A DNA stretch of 64,000 bases from Squalus acanthias (Eukaryota), in NCBI GenBank assembly GCA_030390025.1, contig CM059452.1, positions 9,052,001-9,116,000 of the forward strand. The letters are read 5' to 3'. Below the pieces are notes generated by a model. It had not been told where the DNA came from, did not search any database, and was given only the letters and a program-made list of their open reading frames with translations. Below, one piece after another: positions 1 to 13,040 of the stretch; the stretch's first letter is position 1; each line of letters starts with the position of its first letter. The position numbers and the translations under genes were made by a program.

Positions 1-320
1 AATTGTGAAGGGATGGACAACACGAGAAACAGGGACACCGAGATCTAAATATGCTGCCTTTGTTTGTCTGAAATTGGAACTTTTTGATTCACCCAGCGGG
101 AGGAAAGTTGCTTAAGTGACTTTGAGAAATCCTGTCATGAAAGAGCCTCAGTCTGTCTCTAACCCGTGGTGTATCTGAACTGGTACCGCTGGCTGTACAA
201 GCCTTGGGCCCGAGACCGGCCAATATCCTGCTTCAGATAAGCAGCCCTCCCCTTTTCAAAAATGGGAAACAAAATTAATCGAGCGGCTGTGTGTTTAACT
301 GACGATTGGAAGAAAAGGCC

Positions 321-335
321 TTTATTGGTTTTATT
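321..335 (-). terminator. poly(A) signals of secretory IgM transcript (copy 1)
   Basis: Two AATAAA hexamers on the minus strand 30-40 nt after the stop codon; conserved in copy 2. Confidence 0.75.
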
Positions 336-363
336 CAAGAACTGAAATGCAATCCAGTGATTC

Positions 364-755
364 TCATTGACAAGAATTCACGGTGTCCATCAGAACAAGG
401 GAAATGTTCACAAAACTGGGTTTACCGCTGGATTTATTAACCGGTCTGTTGATGATCTTCAAGGGGGTCGCTTCATGTCCCACCACACAGGAGTAAGAAG
501 CGCTGCTGGCCCACTCCTCCGCTGCAATGGATAACAGGCTGTACATGAAGAAGGAACTGCTGCCGTTCTCCGCCATCACCTCGGTGTTCTTGTCGTTGCC
601 GGAATTCACCGGCTTGTCATTGAGGGTCCACTTGACGAAGATCTCTCGGGGGGAGAAACCTCTCACTAAGCAGGTGAGGGTGACGAACCTCTGAGCGGAG
701 ACTTCTTCTGCCGGGGGCAGGAGGACAGACACGGACGGTTCCCGCGGATCTTTAA
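364..755 (-). CDS. IGHM: IgM heavy chain CH4 + secretory tailpiece exon (orphan copy of relic cluster; open frame, function doubtful)
   Basis: C1-set domain [19 protein letters not shown]...YSCVVGHE; tailpiece [19 protein letters not shown] with penultimate Cys; ctgcag acceptor at 756-761; internal G|GTAAA TM donor; about 97% identical to 58895-59286. Confidence 0.93.
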
Positions 756-2083
756 CTGCAGAACATTTACAATAAAGGTCAATAAACTGGAGAATTCCAG
801 AGAAAATGAAACCGGCGGTGAGATGTGAGAGAAATGTGCTTTGCGCTGAATTTTAAAGGAATACCTTTCCCCTCTGTGGCGTGTGCGGTTTTCCAGCCCG
901 GAGCTTGAAGAGTTGGCCTGGAAAATTATATAGAATTTACATCACAGAAACAGACCATTCGGCCCAACTGGTCAATGCCGCTGTTTATACTACACACGAG
1001 CCTCCTCCCACCTTCCTTCATCTAACCCTAATAACATATCCTTCTATTCCTTTTCCCCTGATGTACTTATCCAGCTTCCCCTTCAGTGCATCATTTCGGG
1101 TCCCAGAGTGTTTTGTTAGTGAAGTTAGCAATTAAATTATCAGAACAGTCACACAACTCCTACAGCTAGATCTACTGGTTGTTTTACCTTTAAAACGTGT
1201 TTACAGCGTCTTTATAGAGCATGACCCCGAATTATAAAGTAATACATCTTTACAGCCCAGAAGTAGTCTATTCGGCCAATCTCGCCTCTAAAAGATCTCT
1301 CCACCAATCTCGTGCTCCTTCTAATTCCCAATCTTCTTCTCAAATGTTCAATTTTATCGAGCTATTATGGATTCTGTATGCAGCCGTCTTTCTGATAGGA
1401 CATCCCATGTCCTAACAACCTCATGGGTAGAAAAGTAAAGTAATACCCTCTCCCTTCATTCTGTTGCAGCTGATTTTAATTAGTGCCATTTACTCACCAA
1501 CTCACCGACCCGGGAAATATGTTTCCCGAACCCCTTCATAAAACCCTTCATAATTCCAAAACCCCTCTATCAGACCTTATCGAAATCGTCTTTGTTCCCA
1601 TGACAATAAAGGACGCTTACAATAAAAGGTTGAGGTCTCCTTTAAAATATGAACTGAACAATGTAGCGCACGGATTTGAAAAGGGAACTTTTGCACAGCC
1701 TGGTTTCTAAGATTCAAGCTTAAGATGAATCGGGATTGATTCGACTCTCTCTCTTTCCTTCTCAGAATTGGAGGGAGAGCGATGCAGTGTGACTTGTGCT
1801 CTGTCCCGTTCTGCTGAATGGATGTCTCCTGACTATCCTCCTCCCACTCACTCAATTAAATAATCCGAATTAAATACGATTCCCAAAGCCGGTTATATGG
1901 AACGATGCTCTTTAAATGGTCCATTTCATTTTCCAAATTACTTTCCAACCTCCCACCAGTGAGAACAGGCGCTGCTTTCTGGGTCGTTACAGTCACTTCT
2001 TGTTGCTGTTTATACCGAACATAATCTAAACATCGGGACAGGTTTCTTCTCTAAATATCTAATATTAGCAATCCTTAAACATT

Positions 2084-2846
2084 GGCCCAAAAATTCGGCC
2101 GAATACGGGAGAGTACCCGCTGCTTACTCACCCGTATTCGTTCCCGAAGTGCCGTTTCCTGCATGCACTGCGCATGCGCGGGAAACTGGCACTTCCGGTA
2201 TGGCGTAGGGGGCGGTTCCGAGGTGAACCGCGTGCGCACTACAGGCTGCGCGCACGCAGCACACTGAGGTTTTTTTTCAGGTTTCAACGCGAGGGTAATT
2301 ATTGAAGATTTTACACAAGTGCAAAGGAGGCGTAAGACCCCTTTTGAACAAGGTAAGTAGTTAATTAAGTACAATTTTAAATTTTTTTCAACAGGTTTAT
2401 CTTTTTTAGAGACTTTAAAGAAAGGTAAGTATATTTTTATAACTTTTAAAAAGAATTTAAATTTTTTCAAAAATTTTAATTTTTGTTTAAAGTGGTGAAT
2501 TTATTTAATTATAGTTATTTTATTAATGTGATGGTTTTTTTTAAATTTATTTGAGGTTTAGCTGTTCTTTTGGGGACGATTTGTATTCATAGATTTGACA
2601 GGTCTTCCTGTCAAATCTATGAATGAAAGATGGTCTGCTGCCATTGGCTCTCCATGGCCCACGTGATCCCAGGAGTCCCATCGCACTAACTGCGCCCCTG
2701 GGACACGCAAGCACTGCGCGCCGGCACTAGGGAGAGGCCCGGGACCCGAAGTTCCTGTGGGCCCGAAACACAACGGCAGGCGCGGTAGAGAAGAGCGCGC
2801 GCGATGCTTACCCCAGCGGCAAGCCGGCCACCCGAATTTCTAGGCC
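2084..2846. mobile_element. Non-autonomous DNA transposon (MITE, possibly PIF/Harbinger-like)
   Basis: Imperfect TIRs ggcccaaaaattcgg / ccgaatttctaggcc flanked by ATT on both sides; second family member at 37306-38049. Confidence 0.65.
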
Positions 2847-2999
2847 ATTATAAATCGACTGGATATCAGCGGATTCTATGCAAGGTAGGACAAACAATAA
2901 CTAATGTGCTGACTGCTGATATGGACAACTCTCGCTTCTGGTTTGTGCGGATAACTCAAACACCTGCGGCTTATTGGTCAGATACTGAAAGCTTGGTCT

Positions 3000-4175
3000 A
3001 CAGTGTGAAGTAACAGAGAGGGTTGATGATGGTGTTGCAATAGGTGTTGTACACATAGACTTTCAAATGGCGTTTTATAAAGTATCTCATAAAATACTTA
3101 TTCGGAAAATAGAAGCACATGGGATTAAGGGACGGAGGTAACTTGGGTATGTAATTGGCTGAGGGAGAGCAGGCAGAGAGTAGTGGTGACGGATGTTTTT
3201 CTGACTGGAGGTTTGTATGCAGTGGGGTCCCCCTTGGGTCGGTATTAGGACCATTGCTTTTCCGGTTTTATATATAAATTACCTGGACTTGTTTATAGGG
3301 AGTACAGTTTCCAAGTTTGCGAATGATGCAAAACTTGGCAAGGTAGTTACTAGTGAGCAGGATAGCAGCGGACTTCAGGAGGACATAGACAGACTGGTGA
3401 AATGGGCAGACATGTGGCTGATGCAGTTTAATGCAGATAAGTGTGAGGTGATGCACTTTGGGAGGGACAACAAGGAGAGACAGTATAATCTAACTGTCAC
3501 TATTTTGAGGGGTGTGTAAGAGCAGAGGGACCTGGGGCACATATTGACAAACCTTTGAAGGTGCCAGGGCAAGTTGATCTGGTTGTTATGGAAGTGTGTG
3601 GGATACTTGGCTTTGTAAAAGGGGCATTGAATACAAAAAACAAGGAAGTCATGCTACACCTTTACAAATCACAGGTTAGGCATCAGCCGGAGTAGTGCAT
3701 ACAATTCTGGGCACCGCAATGTAGGAAGGATCAAAAGGCCTTGGAGTAGGTACAGAAGAGGTTGACCAGGATGATAACGGAGATCAGAGACTTCAGTTAT
3801 GTGTAGAGATTGGAAAAACTGAGATTGTCCCTCAGAGCAGTGAAAGTTAAGGGGAGACATAATAGAGGTGTTCAAAATTGTGAGAGATTTTGTCAGAGCA
3901 AATCGGGAGAAATGGCTTCCTTTGGCGAGTAGGTCGGTAACCAATTTTCACATATTTAAAATAATTTGCAAATGAACCAGAGGGGAAATGGGGATATTTA
4001 TTTTTTCAAACAGAGTTTTGTTAAGTTCTGGAATACACAAGGCAACTGGACATGAAGAGGACTCAGTGGATGGTTACGAGGAAAAAGCTGGGATTTGATT
4101 GGACAGCTCTTTCAGAGCCAGCACAGGCAAGACGGGCCAAATGGCCCCTTCTGTGCTCTGAGATTCTGTGATTCT
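3000..4175 (+). mobile_element. Degenerate CR1-type LINE, RT and 3' end
   Basis: Frameshifted RT remnants (SKFANDAKLG, WLMQFNADKCEVMHFG) and CR1-like 3' UTR. Confidence 0.85.
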
Positions 4176-4854
4176 ACAAGGCTCAGCGGAAGTAGTTCTT
4201 CCCGATTTAATGGAAGGAAATGCTTCATAATGTTGAACACCTCTATCAGAACTAATTTTATTGTTTGTTGCAATGCAAGAGAATATTTAAATTATAGGGA
4301 ACTGAGGAATTTGACTCAAATGATTCAATCGGATACCGTCACAGAGACTTAAATCTTATTGTGAATGACGACTCATCGCAGACTGACTGTTTCTCTTTAA
4401 ATGTTTCACAGAGGTGCGGCTCAGTGACTGTGAGCCTTGTGCTGTGACCCAGTCCAATAGCTGCATCTCCCCCCGAGTTTGTCTCTGCCTGTTACCTTTT
4501 TAAAAAACAATTGAACGAAATAATGCTTTCAAACATAATGTTCCCATGATGGTTATTTGGAGCTGGAGTCTCGACATTCTCCATTTAAATTCTTAAAATA
4601 ACTTCTAGCCTCCCATCAGATCAGAACAGGCTCTGCTTTCTGGGGCGATAGTCACTTCCTGAAACTGTTTGTTCTGAAAATGAGCTCAGGATCAGGCCAA
4701 TCTCAAAATGTTTAAAGTTTAGCAATTCTTTAAAAATTGGGCAGTCATTATTTTTGGAATAAGGTTAAACTCAATTAATGCACGTTTGCTTCACCGGAGC
4801 AATAGAAAGTTTTATTTTTATATATCTGTGGTTCGAGAACTCACACTTTACTAA

Positions 4855-5140
4855 TCAAGTACATGTCCAGTTAGCTATCTAGTGCATTCCAGAACTTAAC
4901 AACCCTCTGTTTGAAAAATAATCTCCTAATTTCCCCTCTAGTTCTTTTGGCAATTATTTTAAATCTGTGGCCTTTGGTTATCGACCTACTCGACAGAGGA
5001 AACCGTTTCTCTAGACTTGCTCTGACAAAACCTCTCACAATTTTGAACATCTCTATTGGGTCTCCCTTTAACCTTCTCTGCTCTAAGGAACAATCCCAGC
5101 TTTTCCAATCACTCCACATAACTGAAGTCTCTCATCCCGG
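4855..5140 (-). mobile_element. CR1-type LINE 3' fragment
   Basis: LEQRRLKGDPIEMFKIV...QRVVKFWNAL, typical CR1 ORF2 C-terminus. Confidence 0.8.
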
Positions 5141-5249
5141 GTTTTATTTTTAGATATCTGGCTGGAGAAGTCACATTTTATTCGTTGGATGCAGATTAAG
5201 ATTCCTTGAACAACGCGGGACAAAGTATTCTCAGGTCTGTTAATGTACA

Positions 5250-5865
5250 GATAATACAGAGTAAAGCTCCGTATCCACTGCCCTGCCATGCGCTGTATGG
5301 TCAGGTATCGCAAGGAATTGATTCCGAGCAAAGCCAAGTCTACACTGCATTGTCAAACACTCCGGGTAAGGTACCGCAATGGTTAAATACAGAGTATAGC
5401 TCCATCTACATTGCACAAAACACTCCAAGGGCAGGTACAACACGGGCTAGATACAGAGTAAAGTTCCATCTACACTGTCCCGTCAAACACGACCAAGCCA
5501 GGTACAGCATGGGTTAGACACAATGTAAATGCTCCCTCCACACTGTCCCATCAAATGTCACGGGTCAGTTACAGCACGGGTTAAATAAAGCGTAAAGCTC
5601 CCTCTACACTGTCCCATCAAACACTCCCAGGGCAGGTACAGCACGGGTTAGATACAGAGTAAAGCTCCCTCTACACTGTCTCGTCAAACACACCCAGGGC
5701 AGGTACAACACAGGTTAGATACAGAGTAAAGCTCTCTCTACACTGTCCCATCAAACACTGCCAGGGCAGGTACGGCACAGGTTATATGCAGAGTAAAGCT
5801 CTCTCCACACTGTCCCATTAAACACTCCCAGCGCGGGTTAGAAACTGATTAAATTTCCTTCTACA
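5250..5865. repeat. ~59-bp tandem satellite (ctctacactgtcccatcaaacactcccagggcaggtacagcacgggttagatacagagtaaagctcc)
   Basis: About 10 diverged tandem units; the same unit recurs at 16140-16550 and, inverted, at 54270-54455. Confidence 0.9.
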
Positions 5866-6119
5866 GTCTGCCAGAAGTGTTTCTGAATTCCTTCTTCTGA
5901 ATATCACAAACTGGGGCACTGTTCCCAAATCGGAAGCACCTCCTGAAACTTAAAGTCAAACTATCGCATTTCTCACAGGTACAAACTTCTGAAATAAATG
6001 AGTCGAATTGTAATCCATGAAACACAAGAGAACAAACCAGCAGGTTTACAACCAGTCAGGAGGACTCCTGATTCTCACACAGTGAGCAGGCGCACAGAAA
6101 CAGAACAGACACAAACGGT

Positions 6120-9100
6120 GCAACAATCGTGCTCTCAGCAGATAGATCACAATCACAAGTCGTGGTACACATCGGTACCAACGACATAGGTAGGAGAAGG
6201 GACGGGGATTTAAAACAGGAATTTAGGGAGCTAGGTTGGAAGCTGAGAGCCAGTACAAACCATGTTGTAATTTCTGGTTTGTTGCCGGTGCCACGTGCTA
6301 GCGAGTTGAGGACCAGGGAGAGAGTGCAGATAAACACGTGGCTGCAGGGATGGTGTAGGGGGGAGGGTTTCAGTTATGTGGATAATTGGAGCACATTCTG
6401 GGGAAGGTGGGACCTGTACAAACAGGACGGTTTGCACCTGAACCAGAGGGGCACCAATATACTGGGAGGGAAATTTGCTACGGCTCTTCGGGGGGGTTTA
6501 AACTAATTTGTCAGGGGGATGGGAAAAAGGGCTGTAGTCCACGAGCCAGTGGTGAGTGTAGGGAGGTACTGAGGAGGGTATCAAGGTCGCAGGAATGTAC
6601 CGGCAGACAGGAAGATGGCTTGAAGTGTATCTACTTCAATGCAAGGAGCATCCGGAATAAGGTAGGAGAACTTGGAGCGTGGATTGGTACTTGGGACTAC
6701 GATGTGGTGGCCATTACGGAGACATGGTTAGAGCAGGGACAGGAATGGTTGTTGGAAGTTCCGGGGTATAGATGTTTCAGTAAGAGTAGGGAAGTTGGTA
6801 AGAAAGGTGGAGGAGTAGCATTGTTAATCAAGGATAGTTTAACAGCGGCAGAAAGGCAGTTCGAGGGGGATCTGCCGTCTGAGGTAATATGGGCTGAAGT
6901 TAGAAATAGGAAAGGAGCGGTCACGTTGTTAGGAGTTTTCTACAGGCCCCCAAATAGTAATAAAGATGTGGAGGAAGAAATTGCAAAGCAGCTTATGAAT
7001 AGGTGTGGAGGTCACAGAGTAGTTGTCATGGGTGACTTCAACTTTCCAAATATTGATTGGAACCTTTATAGGTCAAACAGTTCGGATGGGATAGTTTTTG
7101 CACAGTGTGTGCAGGAGGGTTTCCTGACACAATATGTGGATAGGCCGACAAGAGGTGGGGCCACGTTGGATTTGGTACTGGGTAATGAACCGGGCCAAGT
7201 GTTTGATTTGTATGTGGGAGAGCACTTTGGAGATAGTGACCACAATTCGGTAACTTTCACTATTGCAATGGAGAGGGATAGGGCCATACGGCAGGGCAGG
7301 GTTTATAATTGGGGGAGGGGTAATTATGATGCGATTAGGCAAGAATTAGGGAGTATAAGATGGGAACAGAAACTATCAGGGAAAGGCACAAACGAAAAGT
7401 GGAGCTTTTTCATGGAGCAATTACTGCGTGTCCTTGATAGGTATGTCCCTGTCAGGCAGGGAGGAAATGGCCGAGTGAGAGAACCATGGTTCACAAAAGA
7501 GGTTGAATGTCTAGTCAAGAGGAAAAAGGAAGCGTATGTAAGGATGAGAAAACAAGGTTCAGTTGGGTCGATTGAGGGGTACAAGGTAGCAAGGAATGAG
7601 CTAAAAAAAGAGCTTAGGAGAGCTAGGAGGGGGCATGAGAAGTCCTTGGCGGGTCGGATCAAGAAAAACCCCAAGGCTTTTTACTCTTATGTGAGAAATA
7701 AAAGAATGACCAGGGTGAGGGTAGGGCCGGTCAAGGACAGTAGTGGGAACTTGTGCATGGAGTCAGAAGAGATAGGAGAGGTGATGAATGAATACTTTTC
7801 GTCAGTGTTCACCGAGGAGAGGGGCCATGTTCTTGAGGATGAGAGTTTGATAAAGGTGGATAGGCTGGAGGTGGTAGATGTTCTGAGGGAAGATGTTTTA
7901 GCAATTTTGAAGAACCTGAGGGTCGATAAGTCCCCTGGGCCAGATGGGATATATCCTAGGATTCTTTGGGAGGCAAGGGAGGAGATTGCAGAGCCTCTGG
8001 CTTTGATCTTTGGGTCCTCACTGTCCACGGGGATGGTGCCAGAGGACTGGAGAGTGGCGAATGTTGTTCCTCTCTTCAAGAAAGGAAATAGGAATGATCC
8101 TGGTAATTATAGGCCGGTTAGTCTTACTTCGGTGGTTGGTAAGATAATGGAAAAGGTCCTGAGGGATAGGATTTATGACCATTTGGAAAGGGGCAACTTA
8201 ATCAGGGATAGTCAACACGGATTCGTGAAGGGTAAGTCTTGCCTAACAAATTTGATTGAATTCTTTGAGGAGGTAACTAAGTGTGTAGATGAAGGTAGAG
8301 CAGTTGATGTCGTATACATGGATTTTAGTAAGGCGTTTGATAAGGTTCCCCATGGTCGTCTCATGAAGAAAGTAAGGAGTTGTGGGATAGAGGGAAATTT
8401 GGCCGCTTGGATAAGTAACTGGCTATCTCATAGAAGGCAGAGGGTGGTGGTGGATGGAACATTTTCGGACTGGAGACCAGTTACCAGCGGTGTGCCACAG
8501 GGGTCGGTGCTGGGTCCTCTGCTGTTTGTGATTTTTATCAATGACTTGGAGGAGGGGACTGAAGGGTGGATCAGTAAATTTGCTGATGACACCAAGATTG
8601 GTGGAGTAGTGGATGAGGTGGAGGGCAGTTGTAGGCTGCAAAGAGACATTGATAGGATGCAGAGCTGGGCCGAAAAATGGCAGATGGAATTTAACCCTGA
8701 TAAGTGCGAGGTGATTCATTTTGGTAGGGCAAATTTGAATAAGGATTACAGGGTCAATGGCAGGGTTCTGAGGAACGTGGAGGAGCAGAGGGATCTGGGG
8801 GTTCATATCAACATAAGAACATAAGAAATAGGAGCAGGAGTAGGCCAATCGGCCCCTCGAGCCTGCTCCGCCATTCAATAAGATCATGGCTGATCTGATC
8901 CTAACCGCCAATCTACTATCTATCACAGAACCATCTCCTGCATCTAACAGAATTGCACACACGAAATAGGAGCAGAATCAGGCTACACAGTCCCTGGGCC
9001 CGCTCCACTACCCACAGGGCCATGACCGATCTGAACCTAGACTCATGTCCAAATTCCTGCCCGCTCCCCGTAACCCTTAATGCCCTTTACTTCTAGGAAA

Positions 9101-9965
9101 CTGTCTATTTCTGTTTTAAATTTAATTAATGTTGTAGCTTCTACAGCTTTTTGTGGCAGCATATTCCATGGACCTACCACCCTCTGAGTGAAGTAGTTCC
9201 TCCTCATCTCAGTTTTGAAAGAGCAGCCCCTTATTCTAAGACTATGTCCCCTAGTTCTCGTCTCACCCGTCATCGGGAACATCCTCCCCGCATCCACCCG
9301 ATCCAACCCCTTCACAATCTTATATGTTTCAATAAGATCGCCTCTCATTCTTCTGAACTCCAATGAGTAGAGTCCCAATCTACCCAACCTCTCCTCATAT
9401 GACCACCCCCTCATCCCCGGGATTAACCGAGTGAACCTTTTTTGCACTGCCTCGAGAGCAAGGATGTCTTTCCTTAAGTAAGGACACCAAAACTGTATGC
9501 AGTATTCCAGGTGCGGTCTCACCAATACCTTGTACAACTGAAGCAATACCTCCCTATTTTTATATTCTATCCCCCTAGCAATGAAAGCCACAGATCTCTG
9601 AAGGTTGCCACTCAAGTGGATAGAGCAGTAAAGAAGGCCTATGGTGTGTTGGCGTTTATTAACAGAGGGTTTGAGTTTAAGAACCGTGAGGTTATGCTGC
9701 AACTGTACAGGACCTTGGTGAGATCACATTTGGAATATTGTGTGCAGTTCTGGTCACCTCACTATAGGAAGGACGTGGAAGCATTGGAAAGAGTGCAAAG
9801 GAGATTTACCAGGATGCTGCCTGGTTTGGGGGGGAGGTCTTATGAGGAAAGATTGAGGGAGTTGGGGCTTTTCTCTTTAGAGCGGAGGAGGATGAGAGGC
9901 GACTTAATAGAGGTTTATAAGATGATGAGGGGGATAGATAGAGTGGATGTTCAGAGACTATTTGG
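6120..9965 (+). mobile_element. CR1-type LINE: esterase-like ORF1 3' part plus APE-RT ORF2, interrupted by a nested inverted LINE
   Basis: ORF 6129-6506 (VHIGTNDI...DGLHLN, SGNH-like); ORF 6386-8824 with APE motifs (YFNARS, ITETW, GDFN, SDH) and RT motifs (DFSKAFD, GVPQGSVLGP, FADD); ORF2 resumes at ~9589. Confidence 0.93.
8812..9588 (-). mobile_element. Nested 5'-truncated CR1 LINE (young family)
   Basis: ORF2 C-terminus HLEYCIQFWCPYLRKD..., 3' UTR ending in (TTCTTATG)n; near-identical to 57977-58376. Confidence 0.9.
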
Positions 9966-10430
9966 TCATAGCAGTACGGCGTTCCGGTCTGTCACTGTTG
10001 GTGTTGTCCATGAGGGTCCATACGTTCCAGGTCCCGAACTTCATTTTAAAGGGTGGAAGCGCCTGTGCGTGAATTATTTTAATGTGGGGTGGCCGTTGCA
10101 CACCAGCTACCTCAGGGGCTTGACAGAGCAAGGTCTTGCTCCAATGGCAAGGGGATCCAAGACGATTGGAGACCAGGCTCTGCTACAACGGCCTAGCTCA
10201 CACACACAAACATACTGCTACTGTCTTCCTCCCTCCTTCCCGCAGGTCCTCTCTGCCTGGGTCTCGTAGGATGCATTTTGGTCCTCCCAACATCTCTGTT
10301 GGTCCGTGCCGCACCTTCCCTGGGCCCCGACCCCGCTGCTGGTCAATGCTGTGCCACTCCTGGGCCTTGACTTCGCTGCTGGGCTCGTCCTCGCTCCTGG
10401 GTCCCGGCCTTGGACATGAATGATGTTCTC
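9966..10430 (-). mobile_element. RTE-clade LINE 5' fragment
   Basis: Minus strand from 10044 reads MKFGTWNVWTLMDNTNSDRPERRTA, an RTE-type AP-endonuclease N-terminus; upstream extent approximate. Confidence 0.65.
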
Positions 10431-10729
10431 TCACAGGACCAAATTAGCACTGATATTCTCGCGATCCCCGGCCCCGAGCTCCACTCGCGATCCGCTAGTC
10501 ACTAGATCACTAGTCTAGTGGAGAAACGTAGTCTTGACGGCAGAGAGGTCTGGGAATTTGGGAGCTAAGTTTAAGTGAAGAGCCAGTGCTCACTGGGAAC
10601 AAAGAAAAGGCATGGTCGGGGGATGGGCAGTGGGCTCAGGTAACTTTAACCTTGCAGCTTGAACTTGCAGTTAGGGATAAAATGCACCCACTATTAGAGC
10701 CAGGGGAACTTAAACAGCAGAAGAGAGGA

Positions 10730-13040
10730 GAATTGAAACAACAACAGAAAACGCTGGAAAAACTCAGCAGGCCAGGCAACATCCGTGGAGAGAGAAACAG
10801 AGTGAAGGTTTCAGGTCGAAACCCTTCGTCAGAACTGAGAACAGAGCAGGAAATGAAACAGATAAAAATACAAGGGGGAGGCTGGGGGGAGGGGGTGGGG
10901 AATAACTAAGGTAAGTAGAGACATTAAGAGATGCTCAAGGCAAGACGAGATGGTAATGGGACAAGTTTAAGAAACAAAAGGTGAGGTGTGAAATGCTGGC
11001 AGAATGAGGGACAGTTGCCGTGGGGGGAGAGAGAGAAAAAAAAGGAAAAAGGCACGAACCAAAAGGGTGGATAAAATGTATATATATGTGGTGGGGGCCG
11101 AGGTTATGATCTGAAATTGTTGAACTCGATATTGAGTCCGGATGGCTGTAAAGTGCCTAAACGAAAGATGAGGTGCTGTTCCTCGAGCTTCCGCTGAGCT
11201 TCCGTGGAACAATGCACAAGGCCGAGGACAGTGAGGTCTGAGTGGGCGGGGAGAGGTGAATTAAAATGACAAGCGACCGGAAGCTCGGGGTCACCCTTAC
11301 GGACTGAACAGAGGTGTTCCGCAAAGCGGTCACCCAATCTGCGTTTGGTCTCCCCAGTGTAGAGGAGACCACATCGTGAGCAGCGAATACAGTATACTAG
11401 ATTGCAAGAAGTACAAGTAAATCGCTGTTTCACCTGGAAGGGGTGTTTGGGGCCTTGGAGAGTGGGAAGGGGGGATGTATAAGGGCAGGTGTTGCATCTC
11501 CTGCGCTTGCACGGGAAGGTGCCGGGCGAGGGGGAAGGGGTGCTGGGGGTGATAGAGGAGTTGACTAGGGTGTCTCGGAGGGAGCGGTCCCTACGGAATG
11601 CTGAAAGGCGAGCTGAGGGGAAGATACGTTTGGTGGTGGGATCACGTTGGAGGTGGCGGAAATGGCGGGGATGATCCGTTGAATGTGGAGGCTGGTGGGG
11701 TGAAAGGTGAGGACAAGGGGAACTCTATCGTGGTTCCGGGAGGGAGGGGCCGGGGTGAGGGCAGAAGTGCGGGAGATAGAACGGACACGGTCGAGGGCCG
11801 TTTCGACCATGGTAGAGGGGAATCCTCGGTTGAGGAAAAAGGAAGACATGTCGGAAGCACTGGTATGGAAGGTGGCATCGTCGACGCAGATGCGGCGGAG
11901 ACGGAGAAACTGGGAGAAGGGAATAGAGTCCTTACAGGAGGCGGGGTGGGAGGAAGTGTAGTCCAGGTAGCTGTGGGAGTCAGTGGGCTTGTAGTGAATG
12001 TTGGTCAATAACCTATCCCCAGAGATGGAGACGGAGAAGTCGAGGAACGGAAGGGAAGAGTCGGAGATGGACCATATGAAGGTGAGGGAAGGATGGAAAT
12101 TGGAGGCAAAGTGAACGAAATTGTCTAGTTCAGGGCGAGAGCAGGAAATGGCACCGATACAGTCGTCAATGTACCGGAAAAAGAGGTGAGGGAGGGGACC
12201 CGAGTACGACTGGAACTAAGAGTGTTCCACATATCCCACGAAAAGGCAGGCATAGCTAGGACCCATGCAAGTGCCCACAGCAATACCTTTGACTTGGAGG
12301 AAATGAGTGGAGTCAAAGGAGAAGTTGTTCAATGTGAGAACAAGTTCAGCCAGGCGGAGGAGGGTGGTGGTGGATCGGGACTGGTTGGGCCTCTGTTCAA
12401 GGAAGAAGCGGAGCGCCCTCAGGCCATCCTGGTGGGGGATGGAGGTGTAGAGGGATTGTACGTCCATGGTGAAAAGGAGGCAGTTGGGGCCAGGAAACTG
12501 GAAACTGTTAAAGAGGCGGAGGGCGTCAGAGGAATCGCAGATGTAGGTGGGAAGAGACTGGACAAGGGGAGAAAACATAGAGTCGAGATAGGAAGAGATA
12601 AGTTCCGTGGGGCAAGAGCAGGCTGAAACGATGGGTCTACCAGGGCAGTCCTGTTTGCGGATCTTGGGAAGGAGGTAGAAGCGGGCTCTGCGGGGTTGGT
12701 GAACTATGAGGTTGGCGGCCATGGGGGGAAGATCTCCAGAGGAGATGAGGTCAGTGACAGTCTTGGAAACGGTGGCTTGATGTTCGGTAGTGGGGTCATG
12801 GTCCAGGTGGAGGTAGGAGGAGGTGTCGGAGAGTTGGCGTTCAACTTCCGCTAGGTAGAGGTCGGTACGCCAAACAACAACAGCACCACCCTTGTCAGCA
12901 GGTTTAATGACAATGTCGGGGTTCGATCAGAGAGAGTGGAGTGCTGCAAGTTCAGAGAGAGGTAGGTTGGAGTGAGTGAGGCGAGCAGAGAAATTGAGAT
13001 GGCCGATGTCACGGCGGCAGTTAGCAATGAAAAGATCTAG
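10730..13040 (-). mobile_element. Penelope-like element (RT + GIY-YIG endonuclease), frameshifted
   Basis: RT motifs FYLLPKI, GRPIVS, TMDVQSLYTSIP; GIY-YIG segment NLVYCIRCSRCGLLYTGETKRRLGDRFAEH. Confidence 0.9.

Noticed and set aside
5250-5865. 59-bp satellite as an IgH switch region or RSS array
   Set aside because: Contains GACAGTG rather than CACAGTG, has no nonamer, and is dispersed in both orientations; canonical switch regions are not known in sharks
6076-6118. CACAGTG with a downstream ACACAAACG as an RSS
   Set aside because: Spacing is off, the nonamer is poor and there is no adjacent V, D or J coding segment
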